Of a stretch of 64,000 bases of DNA, positions 14,991 through 28,640 are shown one piece after another. Source of the DNA: Vicugna vicugna (lineage: Eukaryota). The DNA lies in the NCBI GenBank assembly GCA_013265495.1, contig MU058844.1, positions 6,013,260 to 6,077,259 on the forward strand. Reading direction: 5' to 3'. Positions within the stretch are counted from its first letter, which is position 1, and each line of letters starts with the position of its first letter. Position numbers and translations under genes: made by a program. The notes below the pieces were generated by a model, which was not told where the DNA came from, made no database searches, and saw only the letters and a program-made list of their open reading frames with translations.

Positions 14991-17900
14991 ATCTTATTTT
15001 GGACACTGAAGGACTTGGAAAATTATAGGTAGAGAGAAAAAGCATAAGTAAAGAAGTGCAAAGATTAATGAATGAGCAAGAGATCTGAGTAGTCTAGTCT
15101 GGGTAAAGGAAATTGACTTGGGAAAAGTGACGAACGTTGCATTTGCTTGTATTTAATTTAAATAGGCAACAAATTGGCAATTATATGATCAAAACTTTTC
15201 CAGACTATTATTCTTGAAGGGTATACTGAATAGGTGCTATTTGAGAGCGTAGGTAGGCGGGAATGAGGCACTAAAGGGTAGCTGCCATTGGGATTACAGG
15301 GGGGAAGACAGGAGGGGTGCTCAGCCATATTACCTGTAGGAAAGTGTTTGAAATTGTGGGTTATGGTTGAGGAAGGAGGCAAAAATATATAAAGTTATAC
15401 ACTGATTGGGACTTAATAGAATCAAGAATAGATAGAAGATTAAAGATTCTGATTTGTTGATTTTGAGGTGTTGTTAGAATTGAAAAATCTGTTGCTATAA
15501 CTAACAGAAAATTCACAGAGCAGTGGCCTTAAGCCTTGGCTGTTAATTATAATAACTTTAAGAAGAGCTCCATTTGGTTACATTGATAAAGCCAAAGTTG
15601 AGGAAAGAAGAGATGCATTAAAATACTGACTGTGATGTCTAGTAATTGGGAATTTGCACAGTTAAGTAAAAAAGTGAAAGAAGCAAAATAGAGGAGGTGA
15701 TAAAAGAGAAATATTTCAGAGTTTAAGCAGTAGAAATTGATGTCCAAATACCTTGGGGATGAAAGAGTCAGAGGAGTAAAGATCACTGAATTTAAAGAAT
15801 TTAAAGCCATATGAGGCTATCATGTTAGAAAATTTTGCATAAGGCTTCTAGTCTAGTCTACGTAAACCACAAAGTAGAAACTATTAAAAAAAAAACAACA
15901 GCATGTTAAACATTCAAGGAAAATACGCTCCAATAGTTTACACACATTATTTGTCAGGAATTGTTTATTGAAACACTTGTCAGATCTTCTAAATAAAAGG
16001 AATGGAAGAGTCCCATGGCCAAAAATTTTGGGAAATGTTGTATCCTACTTTCTATTATTAGATATTTGCAATGTGTATTAGCATATTAAAGGATCTGAGA
16101 ATGTCTGTGCTAGGAACAAACAAAAATACACAATAATAAACAACAATGAGAACAAATAACCTGCTTCACTTACGATAACTAAGCATGTCCAAAATTATTT
16201 GGTTACTGCACGCCTTTTTTCCTGTTACACCTAAAAAAGATCCACTAAAATACCATTTTATGAAAATTTGAGAAACACTAGCTTGCCTAGTCCAAATTAA
16301 ATTGTAGTCGTAGCAATTATTTTCTCACGTTCATTAAGAAGTAGTTAAATTATTCTGGAATCTTTTGCTCTTTCTATTTTTACTTTATTTATTGAATTAA
16401 GTAGCTAGCTAATTTCTGTTTTGTCTTTAGATCAGTAGACAAAGCTTCATTTTGATTATGTTTGATTTTACATGAGTTGAAGCACATATTTGTGTACTGG
16501 CGTTAAAGGAATCTACAAATACTCATATTTCTAAATCAATATGAGAGAATTTTATTAATAGGTTAGTGTTTACCTCAAAATATTCATATATGCAGAGCAA
16601 TAGAAGATACTACAGTAATAAAAATTTATAAGAAGAATACATTAACAGGTAGATCAACCATATAGTTTTTCTATGCAATTGGCCACACACACAATATATG
16701 ATGCAAGTGCATATATTGGTTTATATAAATAAAAGGGAAGAAAAACTAGGAGAACATATATCAAAATAGTAATTTAGGTATTCTATGTAGAAATTGGTGT
16801 TTATTTTTTTCCATTTGGCACAATTATACATTATAAGTTTTTTATAGTGAGCATATACTATACCTGCAATTAAAAAAAAAAATCAGCCTGACCAAATGTT
16901 CCACTGATGACAAGAGAAGTTCAGTTCTGGCTTAAAAAGGCTGATTTATGTTCTCACAGAAAATTGCAGACATCTGAAACAGGTAAGCCTGCACCAGCTC
17001 AGGTCCAAACCTGGGTCAAGAGGTAACCTAGTTGGTGTTATGTATAATATTGTGTTGTCTTAAGTCTGGACATACGCTAAAAATATGATTATAAATCAAC
17101 TTAGAAAAGACAAAATCTTTTCAAAGGCAAGAGTGTTCAATGGGTTTTAAAAACAATGTGGGAAACAAATACTCCTTTCAAGCAAACAATAATCCAAATG
17201 TAGGTCAATATTTCTTAAAAGGATGATTGGAAACCAGGTATCTTGCTAGCTTGAGCAATATAGAATTACTGCTATTAAACCATTTTTCTCTTAAGAAATT
17301 TGTGATTTCATTTGGCTCAAACTAACACTTGGACATGCATGTAATCAGGATATTAATCATTTATAACAGAATGGACCTGCTGAATTGAGGGCTAGTTCGT
17401 GTGCAGAAAATAACTTAAAAAAATGAAAGTAAGTGATTGAGTTGTTTAGGATTGAAAGCCATCTTGTTGTTTTCCCTTTGTTATCTCTTTATATCTGATA
17501 GTAAGGACTGCCAAGTTCAAATATTTAGTAATTTCATCTGCATTGTATTGAAGATACATAATTAAGCTCCGGGTTATAGTTATACACAAAGACATATATT
17601 ACCAAGTGATGAGGGTTCTGAAAATACAGTAGTTTTCTTTCAATTGAAAGGTTTAGACCAGATTACAATAAACATTTAATTACATAGAGATGTAATGTAA
17701 CTCATCAATAGGAGAAAAGGGAACAGCAATTGCTTTCTCTCTAGGATGAAACTCTCTTAAAATAATAAAACTCTTCTCTCCTTTTAATCCTCACCTATTG
17801 AAAACTGAGCATATTTTATTTGATTCCATGACTCTCTTCCTAGTTAAGATATTGACCACCTACTTCTTTCATGAAGGTTTAGAGACAGAAATTCTAGGTT

Positions 17901-18732
17901 AATGATGCTGGTTTTGTAACTTCTAAATTCTATTCATTTCAGCCACATCCAATTGTTTTTCCTTTTAAAAAAGCTGTTCTTGAGTTTCCTGTTTTTACAA
18001 ATGATCTGCTATTGTATTGTAACATAAATGTGCTCAAGTGATTTTGTTGACGTATAATAGTAACCCCTTAGTGGTCTCTGTGGAGTTTTTGTTTGTTTGT
18101 TTGTTTGTTTTGGTGGTTGTTGTTTGTTTTATCTTGTCTTGTTCGAATACAAGTTTCTAATCATACAAAGTAAAAGAAGACATGTTCATCTATCACTGTG
18201 AGAAAAAAAAATCCAGTAAATCAAAGGAAAACTGTAATGAGACACAAAGAAAAAAAAGTGGTCATAAAATTAGCTGAGAGATCACGTAGACAAAGAATAA
18301 TAACCTCAGTGATGTGCCCAAAACCAAAACAGAATACACAATCAAAAAGGCACTACAAGAAATAGGAAATGGAAAGTTCCACAGATAAGCAACTTATTTT
18401 AGAAACAACAAAATAGAATATGTGGGAAACCAACTGAGCACAATAAATAAATCACAGCATATTTAACCTTTACATATAATATATGATGGAATCATCTCTC
18501 TAATATCTCTTTTACATTAAAAAATGAAAAAGATTTCAAGAAGATTTGATTATTCTTAGATCTGGGTAATTATATCTTTGAAGGCTAAGAAAAATTTATT
18601 TTTGAAGAAAGCATACTTTGCTAATGATAAATCACTGCATTGCCAAAAGAAAAATAAATGTCTTCAGAAAATGCCAGAGAAATGCACCTTTCAAGTTCTA
18701 TGCATTAATAAATTCATGCAAAATTACCTAAT

Positions 18733-18890
18733 CTGATTAGCTATCTCTGGCTGTATAACAAATTGTCTCAAAACTTAGCAGCCTAAAAACAATACAAGCT
18801 TATTATTTCACAGTTTCTGTGGGTCAGCAACTTCTCCTTCAAAAGTTCTCACAAGATTGTAATCAGCATGGTCTCATCTGAAGGCTCACA
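18733..18890 (-). mobile_element. MLT1-type MaLR LTR fragment
   Basis: gctgtataacaaattgtctcaaaacttagcagcctaaaaacaa...attatttcacagtttctgtgggtcag is a typical antisense MLT1 end. Confidence 0.6.
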
Positions 18891-18902
18891 TTGATAGATA
18901 CA

Positions 18903-19084
18903 GAAATGAGTTCATTTGTGGTTTTTTATTTATTTATTTATTTATATTCCATGTATAAGTGATAACATATGCAATTTTTCTTTCTCTTTCTGGCTTACTT
19001 CACTTAAAATGACAATCTCCAGGTCCATCCATGTTGCAGCAAATGGCATTATTCTGTTCTTTTTTATGGTTGCATAGTATTCCA
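18903..19084 (-). mobile_element. L1 3' region fragment
   Basis: tggcttacttcacttaaaatgacaatctccaggtccatccatgttgcagcaaatggcattatt is the antisense L1 ORF2 end / 3' UTR. Confidence 0.85.
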
Positions 19085-19087
19085 TCT

Positions 19088-19840
19088 CGTTCATTCATTA
19101 TCTATTTATTCTTTCATCCAGTAAATATTTTTGAGCCCTTGTTTCTGAGGCTATAGCAGCAAACAAAACAGATGATGTCCCTGTCCTCATGAAGCTTATG
19201 TTGTACGAATAGAGATAGAAAATAAACATTCAACATATTAGCTAGTGATACTTGCTATGAGAAAGCAAAGCATTTTACAGAAGGGTGGCTAATTTTACAT
19301 ACAATGGTCAATCCAGGTCTCTCTGAACAGGTGACATTTGTGCAGATACCTGAAAGAAAGAAATAAGCAAGATGTATAAATAATAAGGTGCCAAGCAATT
19401 CAGAGGGAAGAGAAAGTGCATGTCCTGAATTATGGGCATGCATTACGTATTCACAGAATAGTAAGGAAGAAAAGATGATTAGAAGCATGGTGAGGATTCG
19501 GTAATTGGAAATCTGGGATGAAACTGCTAGATTGTGCAGGCCTGATAGGTCATCATACAGCCTACCATTTCTCTGGATAAGCTGGGAAGACACAAGAGGG
19601 ACAAAATCAGAGCTATGTTTTAGTAGAAACCCTGTGAATAGTGTATATAGAACAGAAAGCTGGAGATGGGGTATCAAGACAGTAAAACTCTACTGAAATA
19701 ATTCAGCTGAGAAATGATGGTGGCTTGAATGAAGGTGACAGCAATGGAGGTGGTGAGGAGTGATCAAATTTGGGGTATATTTTGATGTGTGGTGAACTTT
19801 TTATTGGAAAATTAGATGTTTTGCGTGAGTAAAACAAAGG
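19088..19840 (-). mobile_element. L2 LINE 3' fragment
   Basis: Begins ttcattcatt...aacaaaacagatgatgtccctgtcctcatgaagctta and continues gagaaatgatggtggcttgaat...gcaatggaggtggtgag, characteristic antisense L2. Confidence 0.75.
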
Positions 19841-20939
19841 AGTTGTTTTTTTGCAGATATGAAATTTAACAGATAAAATTAATCCTTAAGTTTACTGATG
19901 GAATTTTCATATAAACAGCTTAAACTAGGTTTTTTAAGGGAAATATTTTTTACTAAAAAAGAAAACTTCCTTTTAAAATTTAACCTGGTCTTCATCTGAT
20001 TTAGAATTCTTTATAAATTTAATGCAAAAACATTTATGCCTGTTTCTGAAATATTTCACTTCTCACAAAGTACTCCTTGAGAAGCCTATCTCAGAGAAAA
20101 TTGCGTAAGATTGATTCACATCAACTTTCACTGTTCATTTCTAATGGAAAAAAAAATCTTTAAAAAGTCTTGATGGATGATGCACACAGTATTTCTTAAG
20201 ACAAATGTCAAAGCTTAAGAATCAGTTATGTGTCCTGGAGTGTCATATTGACAGACTCACTCTCCTCTTTACTATTGATTTACTCTCTGTTGGACAAACA
20301 TAAATATATAGAAGACAAAAAAATCTATTTTTTATAGTGACTAGAGTTTAAATTCCTGAAAAAGTTATTATTAAAAGTAGAAACAATAAATATAAATAAA
20401 GGAAGCTGTAAGTAAATAAAAAGTAGCTGTATCTAACTTATTGAATTACTTTTGCTTGGACATGTATTCCAAGCAAGTAGTATAAAATTACTTTTTTTTG
20501 GCCCCTTGTCAGTATATTGAGAAGATTGTCAACATTGTGATCTTGGTCAAGTTGCATCATTTGGGGGCCTAAATCTTTCATCTGCAAAATGATAACATTG
20601 GATTTTATGACTACTGCAGTCAAATATTATAATTTATAATTTTATTATAAGAAAAGATTAAAAAGTTGATTTATAAAATTTTACTATTTCAAGATTCATA
20701 ATTTTATATAATGAGTGTAATTTTTCTTTATTTTTGGAGCTTTGCTAAATTAGTAATCTGTTGACATATCTATTCAACAATTACGTTTTATTTATTGTGT
20801 TAATATTTGCAGAGTCATATATGAGGCACTATCCTCTCCTCTTAAACTTTCAGGTTTTTTTGAGGAATAAAATAAACAAATACGATACAATAAAAAAAAA
20901 ATGAGAATGCTCTGATAGCACGTGGTCCAGCTTGGGTAT

Positions 20940-21400
20940 TTTTTTTAGTTGGGACTTTATGGTTGCGAGTTACAGAATCCTAACTAAGCTGACTATACAA
21001 AAAAAAGGTATGTTGGAAAAAATATCAAAGATTCTCTCACATATAAAGGAAGTTCTATAGCAACCCTGGCATATCTGAAAACTTCAGGGTTTGGAAGAGG
21101 AATTCAACTCTACCAGTACTATTTTTCTACATGTCTTTCCTCTGGACTGGGCATCATCCTTTATTCTACAGACTGGCCTTATTCATGTGATGGCACATAC
21201 GGCCACTAGCTGACCCAGGTTCACATGTTTCCTGTTCCATGTGAGAGGAAGAAGAGAGTTTTCTTGTTAGTACTGTAAGAAAAATATCAGCGTTTAGCCT
21301 GATTGGACAGGCTAAATCTGTTCTAGACCGATAGCTATTACCAGGGAAGTGGGGATAGTGTGACTGGCCAAGCAGGGCTAACTGTCCTCCTACTTTAATA
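20940..21400 (-). mobile_element. Old MLT1-like MaLR LTR
   Basis: ggttgcgagttacagaatcctaactaagctgact start and paired gattggacaggc / gactggccaagc motifs. Highly degenerate. Confidence 0.45.
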
Positions 21401-22154
21401 AGAGGTAAAGAAAGGAATCTGAGCCGAAAACAACAACAAAACAATAATTTCCCCAGTGGCTAACCCAGAATATGGAAATTCAGAGCAGGAAATATTTGAC
21501 TCTTATCTTAAGAAGTGATGTGGAGGAGGAAGAAAAGGGCACTAAAGGCATGGGAACAGGAGAACATGTGAGCACTTCAGCCAACATTTGTGTAGGGCTG
21601 CTGTGACGGGTGTGAGGTGCTGGTGCGGGGGTAGTGAAAAATACAGTGTGACATGTAAGTTGGGTCTCACTAGACAGGGCTTTTGTATTTAATGCTAAAG
21701 CTTTGGAATTCTCTGACTTTGATGGAAAATTACTGAAAAAGGAGATCAAGAGACTATCTGGACAAACTAGTAAGAGCTTGAAGTGAGCTAGAGATGTGGA
21801 AAGAAAGGCACTAGAGAGGAGATGAAGAAGGATTTTGGAGAATAATAACTGGCTCTTTTGTGAAGAAGCAAGGTCAACAGAGAAGGGAAAGTCTAGGATG
21901 AATTACCAGATGGCTATTCACATTGACAATACAATCACATTGACAATACAATCATTCATTGCAATGAGGTACCATGAACACTGAACAGAGAATAACAGAG
22001 AAGCAAACTGACATAGGAAAACACACTTTTTGATGCCATCAGAATGTGAAATTTTCTTAGACATTTGCATTACAAGTCTTGCCTTATGATTTCAACTGGG
22101 ACAATGTGATCGTTTGAAATTCTAAAATCTTTCATTTTTCCTATCACTCAGCCA

Positions 22155-22208
<54 letters not shown>
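22155..22208. repeat. (TAT)18 perfect trinucleotide microsatellite
   Basis: Counted directly; it produces the poly-Ile run in the spurious ORF 22122-22307. Confidence 0.97.
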
Positions 22209-22209
<1 letters not shown>

Positions 22210-22769
22210 TTACTGAATTTCTCTTTGATTGGTTTGATACAGTGAAATTCCAAATAGAAATATTTTAATCTCTGAGTTTTACTGGAAGACTGACTAGCTG
22301 ATTCCAATATGGGATTAACAGTTATGATTACTTGTGTGATCTAAAAAAGATCAAGTAACCATTTTTCAATTGAGTTATTTTATCTCTAAAATGATAACTA
22401 GAGTTACTGTCAAAATTCAAACATTTTCTGGGTATTTTCTTGGGAGACAGACTGAGAACAAATACCATAAACCAAATTGAAAGCGGACCTATAATATTCT
22501 ACTATAAGAATAATCAAAGAAGGAGAAAAAAAAATCAAGAATATAAAAGCCTGACCCTTGATTGCTGCCTTGTTCTATGCTCCCGAAGGTTGAATTTTGA
22601 TGGGAATTACGATGCTACTTATTGAGTCCACATCCCCAAGATTCTCAAATAAGTCATTAGTCACCTAAATTCTATGTCTCTGCCCTGATTTTGCCTTAAG
22701 CTTCATTGAAAGGCTTTCCCCCATAGAAAGAGACCCCGGGCACCTAGAACGGGGATGGGGGTAAATGAT

Positions 22770-23020
22770 ACAATGAACTTACATTTATACAGTTCACCCT
22801 ATGAACCAGGCACTGCTGTAAAGTGCTTTGCACTTAACCAACCATTTAACTGTCACAGTAATGCTTAGAGATAGATCTTTATTTATTATTCCTGTTAATT
22901 GAAAAGTAAGTAGACTAATGTTGATATCTTAAGTGATTTGTCAAAAGTCCTAAAGGCAATGAGAGTCAAGGTTTAAACACAAGTAGCTATCTCTAGAATC
23001 TCTAGGTTTAACCATTGTGG
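22770..23020 (-). mobile_element. MIR SINE
   Basis: cttacatttatacagttcaccctatgaaccaggcactgctgtaaagtgcttt...taagtgatttgtcaaaagtc. Confidence 0.6.
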
Positions 23021-26000
23021 AATTCTACCTCTCAACAGGCGAGAGAGTCTAATGTCATTGGGTTTCTGCAGGGAGGGAGAGGCCTGTGGCTAACGTGTCC
23101 CGGGGCTTTGATACACCTTAAGTTTTAATTTTGGGGTAAGGAAGTTAATGTTACTCATCTGCTGCATTTATTTCCGGAAGGATCTCAGCCAGGAGAGAAG
23201 TTACATTTAAATTTAATCTTATAAGAAATTGACTATTTGTTCTTAAGCTTCCCACTTCAGATAATTTTTGCTGTATATTTTCAATTTAACCCAGCGGCAG
23301 GCAGTTGTATTTGAGTAACCTTAAATATTTGAATTATGGAAATGGTTTCTATGCATTACAGGTCCAATGACACTATGTAGTATGTTAATATTTGTTTCAA
23401 ATGTGTTTTGACAATGACATATTAACAAGATGAAGTCTTTATGCTTCCCAGATTATTCCAATGTTGTGGGAGAAATGAAGCAGCAGATACATTTTAACTT
23501 TTTGCTATTGTCTTAACAGAGTGGTTCTCTGTTGTGGTGTCTGTACTTATTATTTGTACAAACACTCTGTTTTCAGAATTACTCTGATCCAAAGATATAG
23601 TGAATCCAATGAACACACTGTGCATAGATAGACAGGTGCCTCTTGGTTTCTTTGCTCTTCCCTCCATGCTGTTTTGTGGTGATGACTGGGAACCTTTAAA
23701 AATTGGTTAAACGTGTTTTGTCACCATGATAATACATTTAAATACCCAATAGATTGGATATCGCTTAATTACATTGTTTAATAAAGCAATCAATTGTTTC
23801 AAATTAGGCTGATACATTGAATTATTAACCATGCATGATTCTGATAACTACTGCACGAGAAAGTCTGCTGTAAATCAGGTGAGCGCATTATAAGGTGGAC
23901 AGTGCTGCATTTACATGTTTTTAGAAAGTGAATTTCCAAAATGAATGTTACTCAGCTCTCATACATTTTCAGGGTCCCTATTATGTGGCTTCCAGTGAAC
24001 AGAATTACTGATGCTATCTTCCAAGTAGTATGTTTAAGACTTCAAATGATTTAGCTTACATTAAGACATATTGATTCATCCTTTTGACTATTGTATTAAA
24101 TTATATATAATATTATATTTGTGTATTAAGCAAGTCCTACATATTTCTTATTACCCAATTATAGATCACATTAGAATGCAGGTCAAAACTATCAAGGGAA
24201 TATTTGAAAAAAACTTTAAGTGACAAAGAGTGAAAGAAGATTTTTTTTTTATGTTTTGTTTTGGTTAGATTTGGGGTATTGATTAGGTTAAGTACAAATA
24301 ATTTATATTTAAAAAGGAATTCAAAAATCTACATCTTCTTGTAAATAAGTCATGAGATGCAGTAATGGAGTTCTATTCATATGCAGTCTAGATAGACAAG
24401 GTTACCCAAACCTAAGTGAAGGCAGATGAGTCCACACCCTATAAACCAGAACAGAATTGTAAGAGAGCTCGAAAGACTTGACAGTTTCCACTGAGGCAAG
24501 TCCTTGTCTCCCACAGCTGTTTCTTCCCATCCTACTTACATATGACCTCTGTCCCTGAATCTTCCTCCTCTCACTTCTTGAGAAATTTGAATTGACCAAC
24601 AAATAACTCCTAGTCTGCCGAACAATTTCTCCCTCTTTTCAGTACTGATTTGGACCAACTATTTTCAAAATTAGCTCAATTTTATATAACCCCTGCTGCT
24701 AAAGCTGTGTTAAATTTCCCCCTCCTTCTCTGTGACAATGCTTGTTGTGAACATTCTTGTTGACAGCGCTTTGAATAGTCTCAGGCTAATGATGCTCTGA
24801 TTTTCTTTCACCAGATCAACAGAAAATTGAGCAATGTGTTCACTGAACAGTGATGTTGCAAGAACCAAGGTGACTTTCTATTTCTATTGATACAAATTTT
24901 AGGAAGTTAATCAAGAACAGGGAAGTCTTGTAGTGCCAATGGAGCACTGTCTCTAATTCGCCAAACTAATAAATATTCATTGCAATGAAAGCAACACTCA
25001 GATTTTTACTTGCTTTGGGACACAGTTGCCCTTGGGACACGGTTGCCCTTAGAAGGTGGGCTAAGGAGAATATAGAAATTTGATTAAATAAATAGGATGC
25101 TAAAATGCATCCATAGCTGGGCCTGCTTTTTTTTCAATTTCATTCAAAAGTCAAAAACAAAAACAAAAAAGAAAAACATGAATTGGGGTCTGAAATTCTA
25201 AAACAGAATCATTTTTGTTTACCTGGGGCACTTGAAGAACATCTCTAAATCTCAGTTCTCTCATTTGGAGTAAGTAGCACGATAATGAATTGAACTAAAT
25301 GTGGAAAACTAAGTCTACTATGCCTTGTGAATTAGGCTTCTGAGCAACAAGTGATAAAAACCTACTCAAACCACCTGAAGCAAATGTGATGATGTCGATG
25401 AAGAAAAGCTTTGTCAGCTGGAAATTGTTATATTCATTCATCAGCTATTCCTGTGTGAACTGGGGAAAAAAAAACCTTTTAAACTTCTGCTTACTTTTGT
25501 GGGGAAGCGAAAAAGCACAGGATATAAATCGTATCAGTCCAAACTACCCCCAGATTTAGTAGAAGGCATACGATTTAGGTTCTTATTTAAGTCTTCCGAC
25601 TGACTCCCTGCTGCTTCCACAGTGATTGGTGTCAAAGATAAGCATGTAATTTAGACCAAACCGGGACATTCTTTCTTTGTTAGGAAGGTTAACAGTTATT
25701 TTCTTGCTTCTGAATTCACAGTGCAGAAAGTGTGTTCACTGAGTGGTGGCATTGCCCATTTTCCCACCACGTAGAGGAGGCCTGACCGTAGTAACAGAAC
25801 TGTGGCCACAGCACAGAGAGAAGCAGGGAACGTAGACTCATCTTCCTCAGGTTTTGTGAAATCGGCCTTTTTGAAAAATTTCTCTACTTTGAGTTAGGTT
25901 TTGCCAGGTGAATATTTAATACACATGAGATTTGGTGGACTTAATTCTCCACTTTCAGTTCAGTGGTTAAGCATACAATTTTCTAGAAGAACATCTGAAA

Positions 26001-27119
26001 ATATTAATAATATTAATACCAATAAGACAGTCTTTCATGGTGTGTACAGGGGAAAATGAATGGAACCAGACAGACACCGAGACAGATTTACATAAAAACT
26101 GGAATCAAAATAAGAGCATTGAATATGTATGTATACAGCTAATAGATTCTTATGACTGCTTTGTGTGTTTATAAACTATCTGATTCCGTCTTTTTGTTAT
26201 TTTTAAGTTACTGACTAATATTGTAATGAGTCCATTTGGACACCTTTAGGAGAATAACCTTTAATGATCGATAATGTATTATTTTTAAGGGATGGTGACT
26301 GAATTCTTTACAACGTCTCTTAGGTGTATCTGCCTTCCCAAAGTTCATGTCCTCATACATGTCCTTTTCCCAAGTCTATTACACGGTGTGCCATACTTAC
26401 TTAGATTGACTTGCAAAATACAAACTTTTAACCAGAGTGCATGCATTGGATGTCATTTATCAATGATCTATGGGACTGCTGTTTTTGGAGTACTAACTTA
26501 GTCGTTCATGCCACTTCAAAGTATGTGATTTGTCTTGAGGACAACATAGGACTGCCACAAACAAAAGCAATTTCAGAACTGTTTCTTCACTATTAACATA
26601 CTGTGTTGACTTAAGGACAGCTGACTCAATGCGTCAGTGAAGGACATGTTGCAAAACCAGGTTGTGTGGAGGCTGCCTAACAATGCAGCTTGTCTTTGTA
26701 GGATTTTTATAGGGCATCGTTCTCTTGTGCTCTTTAGGGTTGACTCAGTTCTGAGTTTCTACTTTTTTATAAGAAGATCAATATTTTCCATTGTGATGAT
26801 CTCAGCAACCCATGATCTGTATCCTACAGAACACAGTAAATATGTCTATTACTCACTCTGTTCTAGAGCTATTCCATACCTTTCCTTCCCTGGGACCCAT
26901 CACTTCCTTCAAAAATGCCTAGATTCTTCATTTGGAGGAGGATGAGTAAAACAATTTCAATATAACCAAGAACTTTTTAGTAGCAACTAGTTATGGTATT
27001 GGAAAAATGTTTTTATTTTAATTTATTAGAAATGATTCTATTTCAATCCTCAGACTCCAATCCATGTGTTTTTTTTTTTTTAATGGTTTTACATTTTGAA
27101 TGAAATTGAAAATAAGGCA

Positions 27120-27216
27120 GGTTCCCTCCTTCCTTCCTTCCTCCCTTCTCCTTCCCTCCTTTCTCCTTTCTCCTTCCCTCTTTTCATTCTCCCTTTCTTT
27201 CTTTTCTTTCTCCCTT
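27120..27216. repeat. Polypyrimidine low-complexity tract
   Basis: ccctccttccttccttcctcccttctcc... read directly. Confidence 0.85.
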
Positions 27217-27297
27217 CAGCCCTACCTCTTAGCCATGCAAAACAGGACTCAAATTTCTAAGGGGTTGAAGGTGAGGAAAATCAGGTAAATATCTAAG

Positions 27298-27485
27298 CAG
27301 TGATGTTCTAGTAAAAACAAAGCAAAACAAAAGCCAGATATGCAGCATTTGCCGATCTCTGTGATGTAAAATATATCCACCAAGGCCACTTTCAAACTAC
27401 CAATCTGACATCACTGAGCATGGAGCTGGGAACAGATGCGCACATTTGGCTCTAATTAGCTGGAGCCTGCTCCAGCACATCACTG
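27298..27485. mobile_element. MER63-like hAT-Blackjack MITE
   Basis: TIRs cagtgatgttctag / ctccagcacatcactg; internal ttcaaactaccaatctgacatcactga. Confidence 0.7.
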
Positions 27486-28349
27486 AATGTGAGCAAGGAG
27501 GGTGGAACTGCTTAGTAATTTATTACTACTAAGCCCTTTTGCTTCCTTTAAGGTAAACAACACTCTACTCAGTGGAAGGCCAAGAAAGACATTTTCTAGA
27601 ACCAGTAGCAGCATCAAAGGGACGAGATAGAAAAGACATCTTCTTTCATCAGCAGTTCTGAGGACTTGATCCTTGCATACTCTCAGACTTGAAAAATCCT
27701 CAATATTTGGCCACCTTTAAATAAAAACCTAAAATTTTTCCGTAAGTAATAGATCTAGAGTTTATTCCCAAAAGCATTCAGCAGCTTCCAGGCTAGTTGT
27801 GATTCAAGAATCAATGAAGATAGAAAATCATTATTAAGTGCACTTAATTGTTATTGTTATATTTAGAAATGAGAAGATTTGCAGTAAGAGTCAGTCTCGT
27901 GTATAAAATTAAAGCAAGAAAAAGGAGATGGAAAATATTAGGAGGAAGCAAAAGAATAAAACTACATGAAGTTGAAGCATGAAGTTCAAATACATTAAAA
28001 TGCCAATTATCTTTAAGCACCGCTAACTCTAATGGAGAGGATTTTCGATGAAATGTACTGATTCACCGGTATTTCTCAAAGAATGGTCCCTGAACCAAAT
28101 TAGAAGTAACTGAGATGACTCTCCCCTACTGAATGAGTCTCTCCATTGGGGGACTTTGAGATCTATCCTCTTTGATAAACTTTCTAGATGAGTCTGAAGC
28201 ATCCGAATTTTGAAAACTTCTGCAATCATTATAAATCAACTTATTTCTGTCAAAAAGCAATCCAATAGTAGGTGTATTATTTTCTTCCTAAGAGAGCCCT
28301 GCTTTTATTTGGTTAAAACACAGTTAAAAATAATTGCATGGGGGTTGCT

Positions 28350-28640
28350 GTGTTCTAGCCAAAGTTTTATAAGTGGAGATCCCTTGGCAGGTCAGACTGA
28401 ACTGCCCCATCTTCTGCCCTTCTTTCTGCCTGAAATATGATCAAATTCCCTGGAGGCAGAGCAGCATCCAAAATTATATGCGAAGGATGGCAGGTCAGGA
28501 AGTCGGTATGAATTTTGGTCCTAGATGATTTCCTTAAGCAGCTGCACTGACCTCAATTGCCTATTTCCTGACTGTTGTTACTTGAAAAAAGTAACTCCTA
28601 CTTGTTTTAGCCACAAGGGTAGGCCTGATGCATAAACAAA
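28350..28640 (+). mobile_element. Old MLT1-like MaLR LTR fragment
   Basis: cttctttctgcctgaaatatga...cctggaggcagagcagcatcc...cctacttgttttagccac resembles an MLT1 3' half. Confidence 0.45.

Noticed and set aside
19993..20009. CATCTG-N6-AATTC as a TWIST1-homeodomain composite site
   Set aside because: The homeodomain half is imperfect and the site is isolated; expected by chance in AT-rich DNA.
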